Positions 42,429 through 55,434 of a DNA stretch of 64,000 nucleotides are shown here, piece after piece; the first letter of the stretch is position 1; the number at the start of each line of letters is the position of its first letter. The stretch is from Octopus sinensis (Eukaryota). The notes under the pieces are model-generated. The model was not told where the DNA came from, searched no databases, and saw only the letters and a list, made by a program, of their open reading frames with translations. The translations under genes were made by a program, and so were the position numbers. The stretch spans positions 64,914,001 to 64,978,000 of the forward strand of contig NC_043010.1 of NCBI RefSeq assembly GCF_006345805.1. Reading direction: 5' to 3'.

Positions 42429-42489
42429 TTTACATTGATAACACAATGAGTTGAAAAGAATCAAAAATATATATACGTATATGTACATA

Positions 42490-42555
42490 AGTACAGACAG
42501 ATAGATAGATAGATAGATAGATATAGACAGAGAAACAGACAGATAGATAGATAGT

Positions 42556-42614
<59 letters not shown>

Positions 42615-42632
42615 CTAGATAGATAGATAGAA
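42490..42632. repeat. (GATA)n microsatellite
   Basis: Direct inspection. Confidence 0.95.
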
Positions 42633-42910
42633 AGACATATAGAGAGATAAATGTAATTGAAAACAAGGAAATTATCTTTAACAAGGTGGTGTATACTTCT
42701 GTGTCTGTATCTGTGGTTGTTTGCCTTGTGCATCATTAATGTGTGTAGTAACGTATGAATGTGCGTGAATGAATACACAGTAACATACACTTCTCTCTAC
42801 GTGTCACAGCAAACCGACATTGATAAAAATTTCAGACTGTTTTATGTTGTTTAATTTAATTCCAACTAGCTTTGAGATTAAAATTTTACAGTGGAGATAT
42901 TTTAGATATA

Positions 42911-43615
42911 CGAGGGTAGGCTGAAAGATTCATAGGACGACTATGAAGGAGTGATGCTAGAGCTGTGTAATCTTGCATGCATTAAATATCAACTCTACTT
43001 CTTAATATCTGAATTGTTTCCTTCCAGGTAATCTGAAATCTGACTGTTCAAAGAAGACTTCAAATATTACTAATAGCGACTTCTCTTGAAAATGGACAAA
43101 ATTTGACACTATGCTGTTATCAAATACCTTGAGAGAGAGAAAGGAAAATACTTTGTACAATAAACATGATGAACTTGTCATGACGAATGTTCCTGCGTGG
43201 TGGGTGGCACTTCTGTTGACACCTGATGAAAAGCGCACCAGTCGTACAATATCACTGGAAAATCTGACATTGTTTGAGGCAGTTTTAGCTAGTTTCCTTA
43301 AATATTTCCTAAGCTGAGATGAGTTTTGGGTTTATCACTTTGAGATAGAGTCAAAAAGACAATAGATGGAGGAGAAACACCCCACCTCCTCTGCTTCAAA
43401 GGTGGCCTAGGTCGTTACACATGCAGCAAGGTGATGGTTTCAGGTTTTCAGGATGCAAAGGTATTGTATTTATTGACTATTTTTGAAGGGGCTGACACAT
43501 AAATGGCGGGTACTATGCCAAGTTGCTGAGGCAGTTACAAAAATGTATGAAGACTAAACGCTAAAGAAATCTGAGGAAAGTTATTTTGTTTAATCAGGAC
43601 AATCGTCAAGCGGAC
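42911..43615 (+). mobile_element. Internally deleted mariner, same family as 1585-2830
   Basis: TA|cgagggtaggctgaaagattcatagg; shares gttcaaagaagacttcaa and ttcatcactttgagacagag-like blocks. Confidence 0.7.
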
Positions 43616-43854
43616 ACATCTTTCTGTATGTAAGTATGTGAGCCTGTGTGTGTGAGGAAGAGTGATGTCTAAGTGGCACTCTCTCTCTCTCACACATAGA
43701 TACAAGAAAGATGTACGACTATTATTTACGTATGTATGTATATATGACAATATACCCCTCACTCTCTCTCTTTCTCACACACACACATCTATTTTCTTTG
43801 TGGTTTGATACTGTATGTATATGTATCTTTGTGTGTGTGTGTTTGTGTGTGCGG

Positions 43855-44780
43855 GCAGGGTTCTACAACCGTCAGAAAAAAGCCGGGGAATTTTCTTTCT
43901 TGATGCTCCTGGTGACACACATAAAAAGTTTTGAAACATTACTTCTCCCCAAAGTAAGGCAAAAAAATTTGCAGTTGATGAACCATTGTCTGGCTTTGCT
44001 GCCACCATTCTCACAGGTGGACGACCAGCTCATTCGGCTTTTAAATTACCAATAAACCTCGTGACAACTGACAGTCTAATTTGTAACATAAGCAAAGATT
44101 CAGGTTCAGCAGAAGTGTTGTGCCCATGCCACCATATCATTTAGGGTGAACGCACAATGTCACATAGAGGTGAAATGGAAACTCTTGGTAACACTTTACA
44201 GGACATCAGAGGCAACAATAAATTTATGGGAGAAGTACAAATCAGTTACTTCAGTCCTTGATGAAAATCAAGCTGTCCATTACCCAACAGAGTTCCGTAA
44301 TTCTCTTGAGCCACCTGGTATTCCTCCACATAAACATTTGGAGGAATAATGCTTCTAGGAAATTTAGACCCTCCTAAATTATGCAATGGGTCAGGGTTGA
44401 TTGTGAAGACATTATCAGCTAACGTGGCAGAAGCTACCCTCATCACAGGATGTGCCTCTGAAGAAGAGGTTTTCGTTCCAAGAATTTCAATCAAACCAAC
44501 AGATATGCCCTTTGAGTTCGAACGAACACAATTCCCAGTGCGACTTCCCTTTGCAATGTCTGTTAATACAGTTCAAGGTTAGTATTTGAAATCTACTGGC
44601 TTGATTTTGTTATAGTCAAATTCTTATGGCGAAATTTGCTCCAGTTTAGTAGTTTGCAAGACTTATTTGTCTATTCTCCAAACCAGAAAACAAAGAATGT
44701 TGTTTACCTAGAAGCTCTTATTATTCCGATATATTAGGAACAATTTTATTCCCAGGCAACGACGGATGCCTCTGCAAGTA
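43855..44780 (+). mobile_element. Helitron 3' fragment (PIF1-like helicase remnants and 3' terminus)
   Basis: [31 protein letters not shown]...FEFERTQFPVRLPFAMSVN; terminus caggcaacgacggatgcctctgcaagt. Confidence 0.85.
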
Positions 44781-44818
44781 CACACACACGCACACACACA
44801 CACACACACACACAATAT

Positions 44819-46260
44819 ATGTATGGATTAAAATAGTTTGATAAAATTCGTTGACAATCTTGAGTTTCAAGCATGTTACCAGTCGTCAGCCATTTTGAAT
44901 TTGAATGACAAGTCGATCGTCATTACCGTGAGGTGGGCTGCAATTAGTGTCGTGATTTGATATTGGTCAATGTGTAACAGTTAGCTGGAAAATACGACTT
45001 GGCGAACAGGAAATTGACCATGTGGAGGGCAGGAAATAGACTAGAAGTCGGACACGTTGTTGACCGGGAGTAGGAAGCAGGGGCATGCACAAGTCTATAG
45101 CTCTCCATGTAGTGTGTAGATGCGCTCATGTAGATGCGTCATATATAGATGTAAAACAAGCGTCGGAGATTGGAAAGCACTGGGAATTGATAAGTATTGG
45201 GGTTGGAATGTGGTGAGAGTTGGCAAAAGTTGGGAATTTGTAAATGGCTGCCCTGCTCATAGGGTTGATTGTAATATTGACCTTGATACAGGCGATACAA
45301 GGTAGCAGTTGTTGGTAAAGTGGTATATCCAGGTTGTCGGATGTCAGAGGGCTGAAATTTACCAGAAATGAATATCTCTGGGGACAACAATACGATGAAT
45401 CGTATTTCTTTCTTGATAGATACTGAGGGTTCTTGGAGGATATGCAGGTTTTTACAGAGGCAGAGCTGGCTAATGGGGGCGCCGGGTGAATATCGTGGGG
45501 CTAGCCGCGTTAATGCTGGGTATTTCATCTCGGAGATCACGGAGTCTCCAGAGAAAAAGAGACGGAGAAGTAGAGTTCCCACTGTCCCTGAATCTGAACG
45601 AGTGCATATACGTCAGTAGCTGTCATACCCGTATAGTGACTAGTAAGGCCGTCGGATGGAGTAAGAGTGGCTCTGTATACTACGGCCCTTGAGACAGAAA
45701 ATCCTTCGGGGGCGGGGAACGTGATAGGGTTTCGGAAATAGCATGTTGGGGGAGGTGAGGGTGCATTTTTACGTCTGATGATGCGTGCGGTTAGATGTGT
45801 GTGTACGTATGCGTGGGTATGTGCATACGTGTTCGTTTAAGCATGCGCTTGTATGTGTGTGTGTGCAAATGTGCGCGAGTGCGCCTATGTACAAATGTGC
45901 TCTCATGCATCAATATACACGTGTACACAAAACTATATGAACGCTTCAACACCCCAACTTATAGAACTATATACTTGCACATGCCGCCACTTCTTACTAA
46001 CCGCCAACAACCTGACTGACTTCTAGTCTATTTCTTGCCCTCCACGTGGTCAATTTCCTGTTCAGCTTGTGGTATTTTCTAGCTAACTGTTTTCCATATA
46101 CCAACAATAAAACACGACACCGTGTGACCTTCCTCGACCAATCGCAGTCCACCCTACAATCAACTTTTGACATTCAAATCCAAAATGGCTGACGACTAAC
46201 ATCGTGCTTGAAACTCTAGAGTACCAAGAGATTTGAATCAAACTATTTTGATCCATACAT
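44819..46260. mobile_element. Non-autonomous foldback-type element with imperfect TIRs of about 250 bp
   Basis: 44819-45050 aligns to the reverse complement of 46015-46260 (atgtatggat.aaaatagtttgat; gagtttcaagca; gtcgtcagccattttg; aacaggaaattgacca.gtggagggca.gaaatagactagaagtc). Confidence 0.75.
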
Positions 46261-46313
46261 GTAACTCCCAGTAAATTGGTTGAATGCCTTTTATTTCTCT
46301 GTCCACTTATTCG

Positions 46314-46393
<80 letters not shown>

Positions 46394-47257
46394 CGGGTTT
46401 GTATGATTGTGTAAAGAGGAATATATAAATCAAATTCTAACCTAGTCTGATTTTAATGTTTTACCACATAAAATATTTAGAATTTCACAATATTATAATA
46501 ACAGAATATATATTTGTTTTTACGCAATCATCAGGTTTATGCAGTAGTTGTGACTTTAAATACCTTCCGATTGGCTGCAGCAGACTGAATCTTACGAACA
46601 GTGTTTTGACCAATCAGTAACTAGCTAACATATCATGGTTTAGTGAGTGCGCCAACTAAGTATTAGCTGTATTTCGATCAATCAGTATGTGGCTTAGATG
46701 TCATGGGTTAGTAGATGTGCGAAATTGGTTAGCACTTATCCCGCTTTATTCATCGAAATATTTTAGGCTATTGGTAAGCACCTTAGTCGCCTTGGTTTGG
46801 TAGGCACGTCAAGGGTTCCTTATTTTGACCGCAACTAAAGAAATAATTGTGTGGCTATATTGAAGAATGTTGTCAATAACCTTCCTCTTTTCATTGAATT
46901 CCATTGCTACTATTCCTACAATTTTCCAGAAATTTTAGATTTCAATCAAATCAATGTTAATATGCGTAACACTACCAACACCATTACCATCTATTGTCCA
47001 TTTAAAATGGGTTTGAATTTATCAATAAAATTATTTACTCTTGACATCACTTGAGTCGGGTAGTTTGTAGAATTATACACATTATACACACTTTCTGCAG
47101 TTCCTATTTGCATTGGCAAATATTCTTTGATTACCGTTGCATTTGGATACGACGAATGAATCATCATTGTTGTTGAGCTCAAACTTTGCCTTTGTTAACA
47201 AGTGTGTCAAGTTTTCGCCTGTCTTTTATTTAGAATCAAAGCTAGATCCGTGATTAT

Positions 47258-47448
47258 GTTGTGTCTGGGGAGAGTCATTATCTTTTTGTGCCTTATAATG
47301 TAACACACGCACCGGTAAAATTTCCACTTATTTCTTATTTTTATTTTCTTAAATTTTAGGAAAATAAAAATAAGAAATAATTGGAAATTTTACCGGTGAG
47401 TGTATTACATTATAAAGCACAAAAAAAATGACTCTCCTCAGACACAAC
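47258..47448. repeat. About 190-bp imperfect palindrome derived from a dispersed repeat (related copy at 50062-50258)
   Basis: gttgtgtctggggagagtcat...accggtaaaatttcca pairs with tggaaattttaccggt...atgactctcctcagacacaac. Confidence 0.85.
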
Positions 47449-47539
47449 TAAATATGCTTCAACACACGAACTCATATAAAGAATCTTGCAAACCAAATCC
47501 CAAAACGAAATAGATCCGTGATTATATCCTTTAATTCGT

Positions 47540-47822
47540 TCCTTTGTGCAAGTTTGCTAGTATACTGCATCAAATGCCCGAATTGGGAACAGATAAACGT
47601 CGGTCAGACTGGGAATGCATTATCGGAACGTTCACGTGTGCAACGACAACAGATAAGGGACGCTGATATCCACCAGACCCTTTAAGCGACCATCTGGATG
47701 CATGTGGTCAGAAAATATTTATAGCATTCCCATTCTACAAACTACACAACTCAAGCGAAGTCGAGAGAACAGGCGGAGGAAAGAATTTTATTGACGAATT
47801 CAAACCCGATTTAAATGGAGAA
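47540..47822 (+). mobile_element. Penelope-like GIY-YIG 3' fragment (third lineage), with inverted partial copy at 46985-47080
   Basis: CASLLVYCIKCPNWEQINVGQTGNALSER...QQIRD; SDHLDACG...FPFYKL...FIDEFKPDLN. Confidence 0.75.
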
Positions 47823-47842
47823 TAATAATAATAATAATAATG

Positions 47843-47892
<50 letters not shown>

Positions 47893-47940
47893 TATAATAA
47901 TAATAATAATAGTTATAGTTACGGTGATGATAATAATAAT
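47820..47940. repeat. (AAT)n microsatellite
   Basis: Direct inspection. Confidence 0.95.
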
Positions 47941-48094
47941 GGTTTCAAAATTTGTGGTGCTATATATTGTACATTGATTTTGCAATACATATTTTGGATA
48001 TTTTTGAAACAAATTGCCTTATTGATATTTCACGGAGCTCCAGGTCCAACTACATTGACTGTTTTTCTTTGTGCTTTCTTTGAGTATTTGTTTC

Positions 48095-49880
48095 GACTCT
48101 TTTGTACCAAGAAGTCCCTCAACATTACACTCAGTATGTAACAGAGAATGAGTCAAAGCTTTTGACTGAACAACGGACAGCTTACAATTGCATCATTCCA
48201 ATGACTCAGGGAGGAAAGCGGTGGCCTGTTCTTTTTGGATGCTCCTGGGGTTACTGGCAAGACGTTTTTGATAAACCTTTTGCTAGCAAATGTCAGTCTA
48301 GATGGGTGCATTACATTGGCGGTAGCATCTTCATGAACAGCAGCCACTCTCTTGTCAGAGAGACGAACAGCTCATTCTACTTCCAAGGTGCCCTTAAATT
48401 TACTTAGGATAGAGACTCCAATTTGCAACATTTCTAAGACATCCTCAAAGGCCAAGGTGTCTTGCAGCAGACGTGCTTGATTGTCTGGGATGAATGCACC
48501 ATATCTCACCGTGGGGCACTTGAGGCTGTTGACCGGAGCCTAAGAGATTTGAGAAGAAAGGACATTGTCATAGGTGGAGGCACTGTAGTTTTGGTTGGAG
48601 ATTTTAGACAAACCCTCCCTGTGATCCCAAAAGGTACAAAAGCAGATGAACTACAGGCCTGTCTCTTAACTGTGGAGCCAGATGACTAAACTGCACCTGG
48701 CAGTTCAGATGAGGGCCCAATTATTTGGTGATCAAACTGCCGGGTTGTTTTCACACCAGCTTCTGAAGACAGGGAATGGGCAACTACCATATGCCAGCCA
48801 AATGCAACAACACCGGCTACCCTGTGGTGAGATGGTACCAACAATCAATGATCCCATAATGCATGTGCTCCCAAGCATTGCAAACATTTTAGCAACAGTC
48901 AATGGATCTGTGAGCGAACCATCCAGGTAATGATGTCGACAAAATCAACTGGGATCTCTTCCGGCTGTTGCCAAGACAAGAGCAATCTTTCAAATCCCTC
49001 GACACTGCATTGATCAAGAGCAGGCTGTAGTTTATCCAACTGAGTTCTTGAACTCTCTACAGCCATCTGGAATGCCACTTCACCACTTAACACTTAAAAA
49101 GGGGGCCCCAATCATGCTTCTCAGGAATATGGAGCTACTTAGTCTTTGCAATGGCACCACACTAGTAGTGAAAGCGATGCGACCCCATGTCCTAGAGTCA
49201 CCAATTATGACAGAGAAGTATAAGGGTGAGAATGTCTTCACTCCACGGATCCTATTAATCCCTTATGAACTCCCCTTTGAATTTAAATGGTTCCAGTTCC
49301 CAGTGAAACTAAGTTTCGCTATGTCAATAAACAAGTCTTGAGGACAATCTCTCAAGGTTGTTGCATTTTATCTTGCTTCTCCTTGCTTCTCTAATGGTGA
49401 ATTATATGTAGGATATTCGCGAGTTGGAAGTACCCAAAATCTTTCCATTTATACTCCAATTAAAGGACACACTCAAATATCGTATATTAGACGCTCTAGA
49501 TAATTAAACTGTGATCGATTTCTAAATTTTTTCAATACATTTGTTTATACTCAAATCATCTGATAGAATTCTGGCTAAATGTACTTATTAACAGGATAGG
49601 AGCGCCCACAGCCGGTTCTTCTCAAATTTATGCATTTTCAGGTCTAACGTGTTCAAATATGTACTGACAATTGAAGGTGATTGCAAAGACAAAGAACTAC
49701 CTGGTTTTAAAGAATTTTAAAAGTGAGAACATCGGACGAAACATGCTATTTAGATATACAGTTGGTAGCTCAGCTAATAACTGTTGAGAACTGCATAATC
49801 CATGTTTCATTTTACTATGAGATTTAAAAGTCATACTAAAATTTCATTATTTTCTTTAACCCAGACAACGCCAGGTTAGT
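48095..49880 (+). mobile_element. Helitron fragment (PIF1-like helicase remnants, probable 3' terminus)
   Basis: FLDAPGVTGKTFL, LIVWDEC, GGTVVLVGDFRQTLPVIP, PSGMPLHHLTLKKGAPIMLLRN, QFPVKLSFAMSINKS; ccagacaacgccagg near 49860. Confidence 0.88.
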
Positions 49881-50289
49881 ATGAAATATATGTGACGAGT
49901 ATTAACTGTTTCTTCTGACTCGAATAATAATTTCAACTTATAAATATTGAACACTTTTCTAGCGAATGTTGATTGAGATGAGACATAAAATAGGATAAAT
50001 GCCAAAATAAGAGGAAGAAACTAAGTTGTGATTTTTATGGTTCGTACATAAATTCATTCTATCGTGTGTTGAAGCATATTCTGTTGTGTCTGCCTTCAGC
50101 AACGCAACTTGGATAACGGACAGAGTCAACAACTATCGGAAGTGTTGCAAGACGCAACGAAAATGCTAGAAAAATTAATAAGTAAATGGGTGGAAATTTT
50201 ACCGGTGATAAATTATAAGGCACTAAAAGAGAATGATTCTTCCCAGATATAACAGAATATATATATATATATATATATATATATCTAAA

Positions 50290-50600
50290 AAGTATATGTA
50301 TTTGTGAAGGGAGCTGACTTCTCGTCGACAACCATGATTGTCACACGCTGATGAAAGGTAAGCACCTTGAAACTCGGGTCCGTGTGTATCATGAGTTGAA
50401 GACGGGGAGGATGACTCCCCTTCACAAATACTGAGAGGACACAGATAGTGTGTCTATAGCCAGCTGGAGGAGATATCTTCCTGGGGCTACAAACTACAGT
50501 AGCATCCACCCTTAGGGGTTAGTCATATTCAAATGGCAAATATGCGTCACGATGTGTTACCGCTACTGTTTATAACTCGCTCTCAGATTTATCATTGTTA
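50290..50600 (+). mobile_element. About 300-bp hammerhead-bearing dispersed repeat (retrozyme-like or Penelope pseudo-LTR)
   Basis: Contains the ribozyme at 50333-50393; 3' 150 bp recur inverted at 4911-5062; boundaries approximate. Confidence 0.6.
50333..50393 (+). ncRNA. Type I hammerhead ribozyme
   Basis: CUGAUGA (50348-54), stem II AAGGU/ACCUU with AAGC loop, GAAA (50369-72), short stem III, GUC (50378-80), stem I of 6 bp + 3x1 internal loop + 6 bp. Confidence 0.8.
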
Positions 50601-50879
50601 TATATATATATTATTACATCAGTGTCCTAACACATAAAAGTGACCGTACAGGTAACATTACTTATTTACGTATATAATTATAAAGATATAGTTATAAATA
50701 AGGGCTGCTGGACATGACCAGTGCCTATGCTAGAAGTAGATGTCAAATACCTACACTCCATTGTAAAACGTGTTCTCTATATTCAGTCACAGGTACGATT
50801 ATTTCTTTATCGAGATAGGCTGGAGGATGAAAAGTATACGCAGCAAATATGTGTGCATTGGTATCTATTTATTTACTAC

Positions 50880-51100
50880 CCACAAGGGACTAAACAGAGA
50901 GAGGACAAACAAGGACAGACAAACGGATTAAGTCGATTATATCGACCCCAGTGCGTAACTGGTACTTAATTTATCGACCCTGAAAGGATGAAAGGCAAAG
51001 TCGACATCGGCGAAATTTGATCTCGGAACGTAGCGACAGACGAAATACGCCTACGCATTTCGCCCGGCGTGCTAACGTTTCTGCCAGCTCGCCGCCTTAA
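50880..51100 (-). mobile_element. tRNA-derived SINE
   Basis: Reverse complement aaggcggcgagctggcagaaacgttagcacgccgggcgaaatgc...; near-identical copy at 61690-61900. Confidence 0.8.
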
Positions 51101-51341
51101 AAGTGTGCATTGCTATCTGCAGGTGAACTTACCTGTGAGTGCGTATATTTTTCGCTTGTATATTAATGGTATCTTCTTCTGGAGATCGTCGAGTAATATA
51201 CTAAGTCTGTCCCTGCGCATATGTATGTGCGTATGCATGTATATGTATATGAATGCGCACGCATGTGCGTGTATGAATAATTTTATGGATGCGCGATATC
51301 ATGCACGTGTATGTACATATGTATGAATATGCGTATGCATG

Positions 51342-51387
<46 letters not shown>

Positions 51388-52074
51388 AGTGTGTGTGTAT
51401 TTATGCATATGCGCACATGTATATATACGTATGTACGCGCGTACGTGTATCTTTGTATTCTTCCCTCTATTTTAAATTTTACTGCTAAAACTACCAATTA
51501 CTTTGGTATCACCCTACCTATACCTTTTCTCTAACCCATCCCTAAATAAAGCCCTATGATATCACCCCTACTCACATATTCACATTTATTCACTCCTTAC
51601 CTTCTCATCTCTTCCTATCCACCCCTTCCTTCTCCTCTCCCACCCCCTCACATTATCTTGACCACCAACTGATACTCATTTTCTCACTTCATTCACCCTT
51701 TCTTCTCTTTCTTTTCTTTTCTTGTTTCACTCTTTTCACTTTATTCTCGTCTCTTTTATTATAAATTTTTATCCTTTTTCTTTTTCTCGCTTCCTCTTAT
51801 TTTCCTGTCTTCATTTTGACCTATCTCCACATTCTTATTACACACATCTCTTCCACCTCCATCTATCCGCAAATACTACCACTACATTCCCAAATTTTTC
51901 TTCGCACCACAAAAACCATTCGAATGGGCAACACAGAATCCACGGCTGCATACCCTCATTCGCAGCAGGGTAGCGTCCGTGGAAAACTCTCAGCACGATG
52001 TCATGTAGGGTGTTTTACCTGATGCTATCCGAAAGCAAATGTGTTTTTAAGCAAAAGATATGCACACGGGAGGT

Positions 52075-52189
52075 GAGAAAGTCTTTTACGTTTCGAGCCT
52101 ACGCTGCACAACAGAAAGGAACACAGAAATAAGCAGAGAGAGAAAATTAAATCATAAAGATTTAGTGGCTAGCGATCAATCAGGGTGAA

Positions 52190-52285
<96 letters not shown>

Positions 52286-53250
52286 CATATATAGCGATAT
52301 GTATATATATGTATGTATGTATATATATAGTAAAAATTTCCCAAAAAAAAAACAAGACGAAGACAGTTGTGTAAAAAACAAACAGATGTATTAGTTTAAC
52401 GCTCGGGAAGTGAGAATATCTTAAACGTTTCGAGCCTACGCTCTTCGGCAGAAAGGAACACAGAAATAAACAGGGAGAGAAAATAAAGAATGTTTGGTGG
52501 CAAGCAATCTATCACGGCGAATTCCGGACAGAGGGGGACAAGAGTGGGGTGTGGGTTAGACTGAGTGTGGGGATAGGGGTGGGGTATGTGGGAGTGAGGT
52601 GAAAAGGATGGAGTGGTAGTGGGATGGGTTGTATAGGGAAGATGAAGTTTGATTGTGTAGGGGTGGGGTTACGAAGGAGGGGTGCCGATGAAGGGAGAGG
52701 GGGAAGGGAGAGGGAGGTAGGAGTGAAGAGAAGTAGGTGTTAGAGCAAGAAAGAAGAGGTGGTTAGGAAGTGAGAGGAAGAGAGGAGAGGGGAGGAGGGT
52801 TAAATGAAGAGGGGAAGAGAGTTGAGTCCATGAGGCGCAATGAGCAAAGAGAAAAGATCAATTGCTGTTCACGTCGAAGACGGGATTCCGGATGGCCCCT
52901 GTGCAAGGACAATCCGAACACAAAGTGGTGTTGCAAAGAATGACTGGTAGAACGGTAGCCAAGTGGCGTCCCGTTTGATCGATATATAGAGGACAGAAAG
53001 AGCAGGAGATGCAGTAGATGGCGTTGCTAGAAGTGCAGGTGAAGGAGTCAGTGAAAAGATAGGTTTGGTGATAGGTGCCTGTGAGGAGGGTAGTGTTGGA
53101 GATGTGAGGGCAAGTATAGCAGCGTTGGCGGAGCTGGGGAACGAGCCGGGTTGGGAGGTTGCGTTAGGGGAGAAGCTGTGGACCAAGAGGTCACGTAGGT
53201 TGTGAGTGCGTTTGAAGGAGGGGAAGGGTCGGTTAGGGAAATGTGATACG
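52075..53250 (-). mobile_element. Penelope-like remnant (family of 5570-7347) with tandem terminal repeats
   Basis: FPNRPLPSFKRTHNLRDLLVHS...QPGSFP; two tail units of about 100 bp at 52075 and 52410, each with gctcgaaacgt. Confidence 0.75.
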
Positions 53251-53459
53251 CGTGTTGATGTATGCTTTTATATATCAATGCATTAGATTCAACTGTTTCT
53301 GCTATAACACTTTATTAAAAACAACGTAATTTTAATAGAAAGAAAACAATTCATCATTTAATAACGATTCAGTCATAAAAACAGAAACACCATTCATTAA
53401 AATCCTCAATGATCTAAATTGACGCATTGCACTGGCAATTAGAAGTGTTATAGTTGGAA

Positions 53460-53690
53460 AGGAATTTTAACATTATTTACATTTGACGGATATTTGACCT
53501 CGTCTTGTTTGTTGTTAACGCAACGTTTCGGCTGATATATTCTCCAGCCTTCATCAGGTGTCCTGGGGAAATTTCGAACCTGAGTACTCATTCCTAAGGT
53601 ATTTTCCTGAGGTTATTTTATTATTATAATCGAGCTCGGAATCTTGGGGTTAGTAACCTGCGCCCTTAACCACAACGCTATATGACCGTG
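53460..53690 (-). mobile_element. tRNA-headed SINE-like element with hammerhead motif in its tail
   Basis: A-box-like tagcgttgtgg (53670-80), short AAT run, then ctgatga-a-ggctg...cagcc-gaaacgtt. Confidence 0.65.
53517..53562 (-). ncRNA. Minimal type I hammerhead-like ribozyme motif
   Basis: CUGAUGA, extra A, 5-bp stem II (GGCUG/CAGCC), GAAA, palindromic ACGU stem III, GUU; stem I has one mismatch. Confidence 0.55.
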
Positions 53691-53954
53691 GGCAATTATG
53701 GACTGAATATTAGGGCTTATAAATCTAATATTTTCCTATCTTTACTTAATACCGGTTCCCATATGCTGGTCATATCTGCACTCACTCTGCTTAGGAGGTT
53801 ACTATGTCCTACCATATGTGCTGTTTCTTTTAGTTTTCGTATTTTCCAGTGCTGTTTTATGTCTATTATTTTAACTTCGTCCCACAAGCGGAGGTGGTCT
53901 CCGTATTTTTCTATACGTGATCAGCTATACACGAATTGTCAATATCTCTTCGTG

Positions 53955-54280
<326 letters not shown>

Positions 54281-54758
54281 CATCTCTCAAATATAGATCA
54301 GAAAAGAATTTTTGTTGGATGGATATTATCTCCTGAGTTCATAGCCACAATATTATTAAATCAATACAAGTTTCTACCAATCATAGGGTTTGTCTCTTCT
54401 TAAGTTCAAAGTAAAATGTAAACATAAAATTATTTCCATTCTCAAAGAATCAGTAGTGGAGAGAAAACAGTTCAAATTTCACCAACTATTATAATGTTCT
54501 TTCAATTAACTGCATAATAATTATATACACTATTTGAACGCAAATGAACAAACGTAATTTGAACCGACAGGGCTTCTAACGTGCCGCTGGAACTGTTAAA
54601 AATAGCAACACTGACCTTCCCGTCAAACCACACATCACTGTCTTAAAAAAGACAGGATGGTCACAGTAAGAACCCCCTTGGTCATCGTCCTGCTTAATCA
54701 GGTCTAAATGAGACTAAGTAACAACAGTAACGGGAATAGCATTTTAAACAATACTTAC

Positions 54759-55016
54759 GGCTTTTCATTCGATTGTATATTCTCAGTTGAGATATCTTGT
54801 ATGGCTTATCAAACGTCACTTGCCAAAATGGGTTTCTTCCAATCACAGTATGTGCACATGATTTATGTATGACTCCAGGATCAAAATTGCCGTCAACCGC
54901 CTTGTCGGATGTCATGCCTACATTCCTGTCCATACATGTTCCATTATAGAAAACTAGTGTTCCTGACTCTCCATAAATACTTGTTTGATATGTTTGTTTA
55001 CCTTGAGCAATATTAA
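54759..55016 (-). CDS. Exon: N-terminal part of F-type lectin (FTP/F5-8C-like) domain (NIAQGKQTYQTS...SDKAVDGNFD...SCAHT...PFWQVTFDKPYKISQLRIYNRMKS)
   Basis: Acceptor tttttcag|TT, donor AGCC|gtaagt, 258 nt; motifs N(I/V)AxGK, AVDGN, CxHT, PxWxV and IYNR are typical of F-type lectins. Confidence 0.9.
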
Positions 55017-55434
55017 CTGAAAAACATAGAAGCCTGAATTAATGATTAGTACAAAGTTTTTAGTTCAATATATTTTGAAAACGTATTTTCTGAGTGACAT
55101 TTTTCTATAGCCCCACTTAATATAGTATATACTTAAAATATACTACGTTTGTATCATCCCAAAGTACCAGATGGAAGATAGCTGTTATAAGACAAAAAAT
55201 TGACATTTATAAACTAAATACTCATAAAAAAATCAGGCAAGAATATCGAGAAAGTTAATATTATATCCCAAGGCTGAATTTTTAGCTCTAACTTATTTTA
55301 TTTTACATATTAGATAATTTTCTAAATTGTTAACGTAAAATAGTATCTGACAAAATTTAATAAATATAAAATTATATAGTACTATTTCCTCTCGAACAAA
55401 ATACTCGCTAACCAAATCCTTCGACAGAATACTA

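Noticed and set aside
46560-46735. Cluster of CCAAT/ATTGG-like boxes suggesting an internal promoter
   Set aside because: Short motifs are expected by chance or within repeats, and no TSS or downstream gene supports it.
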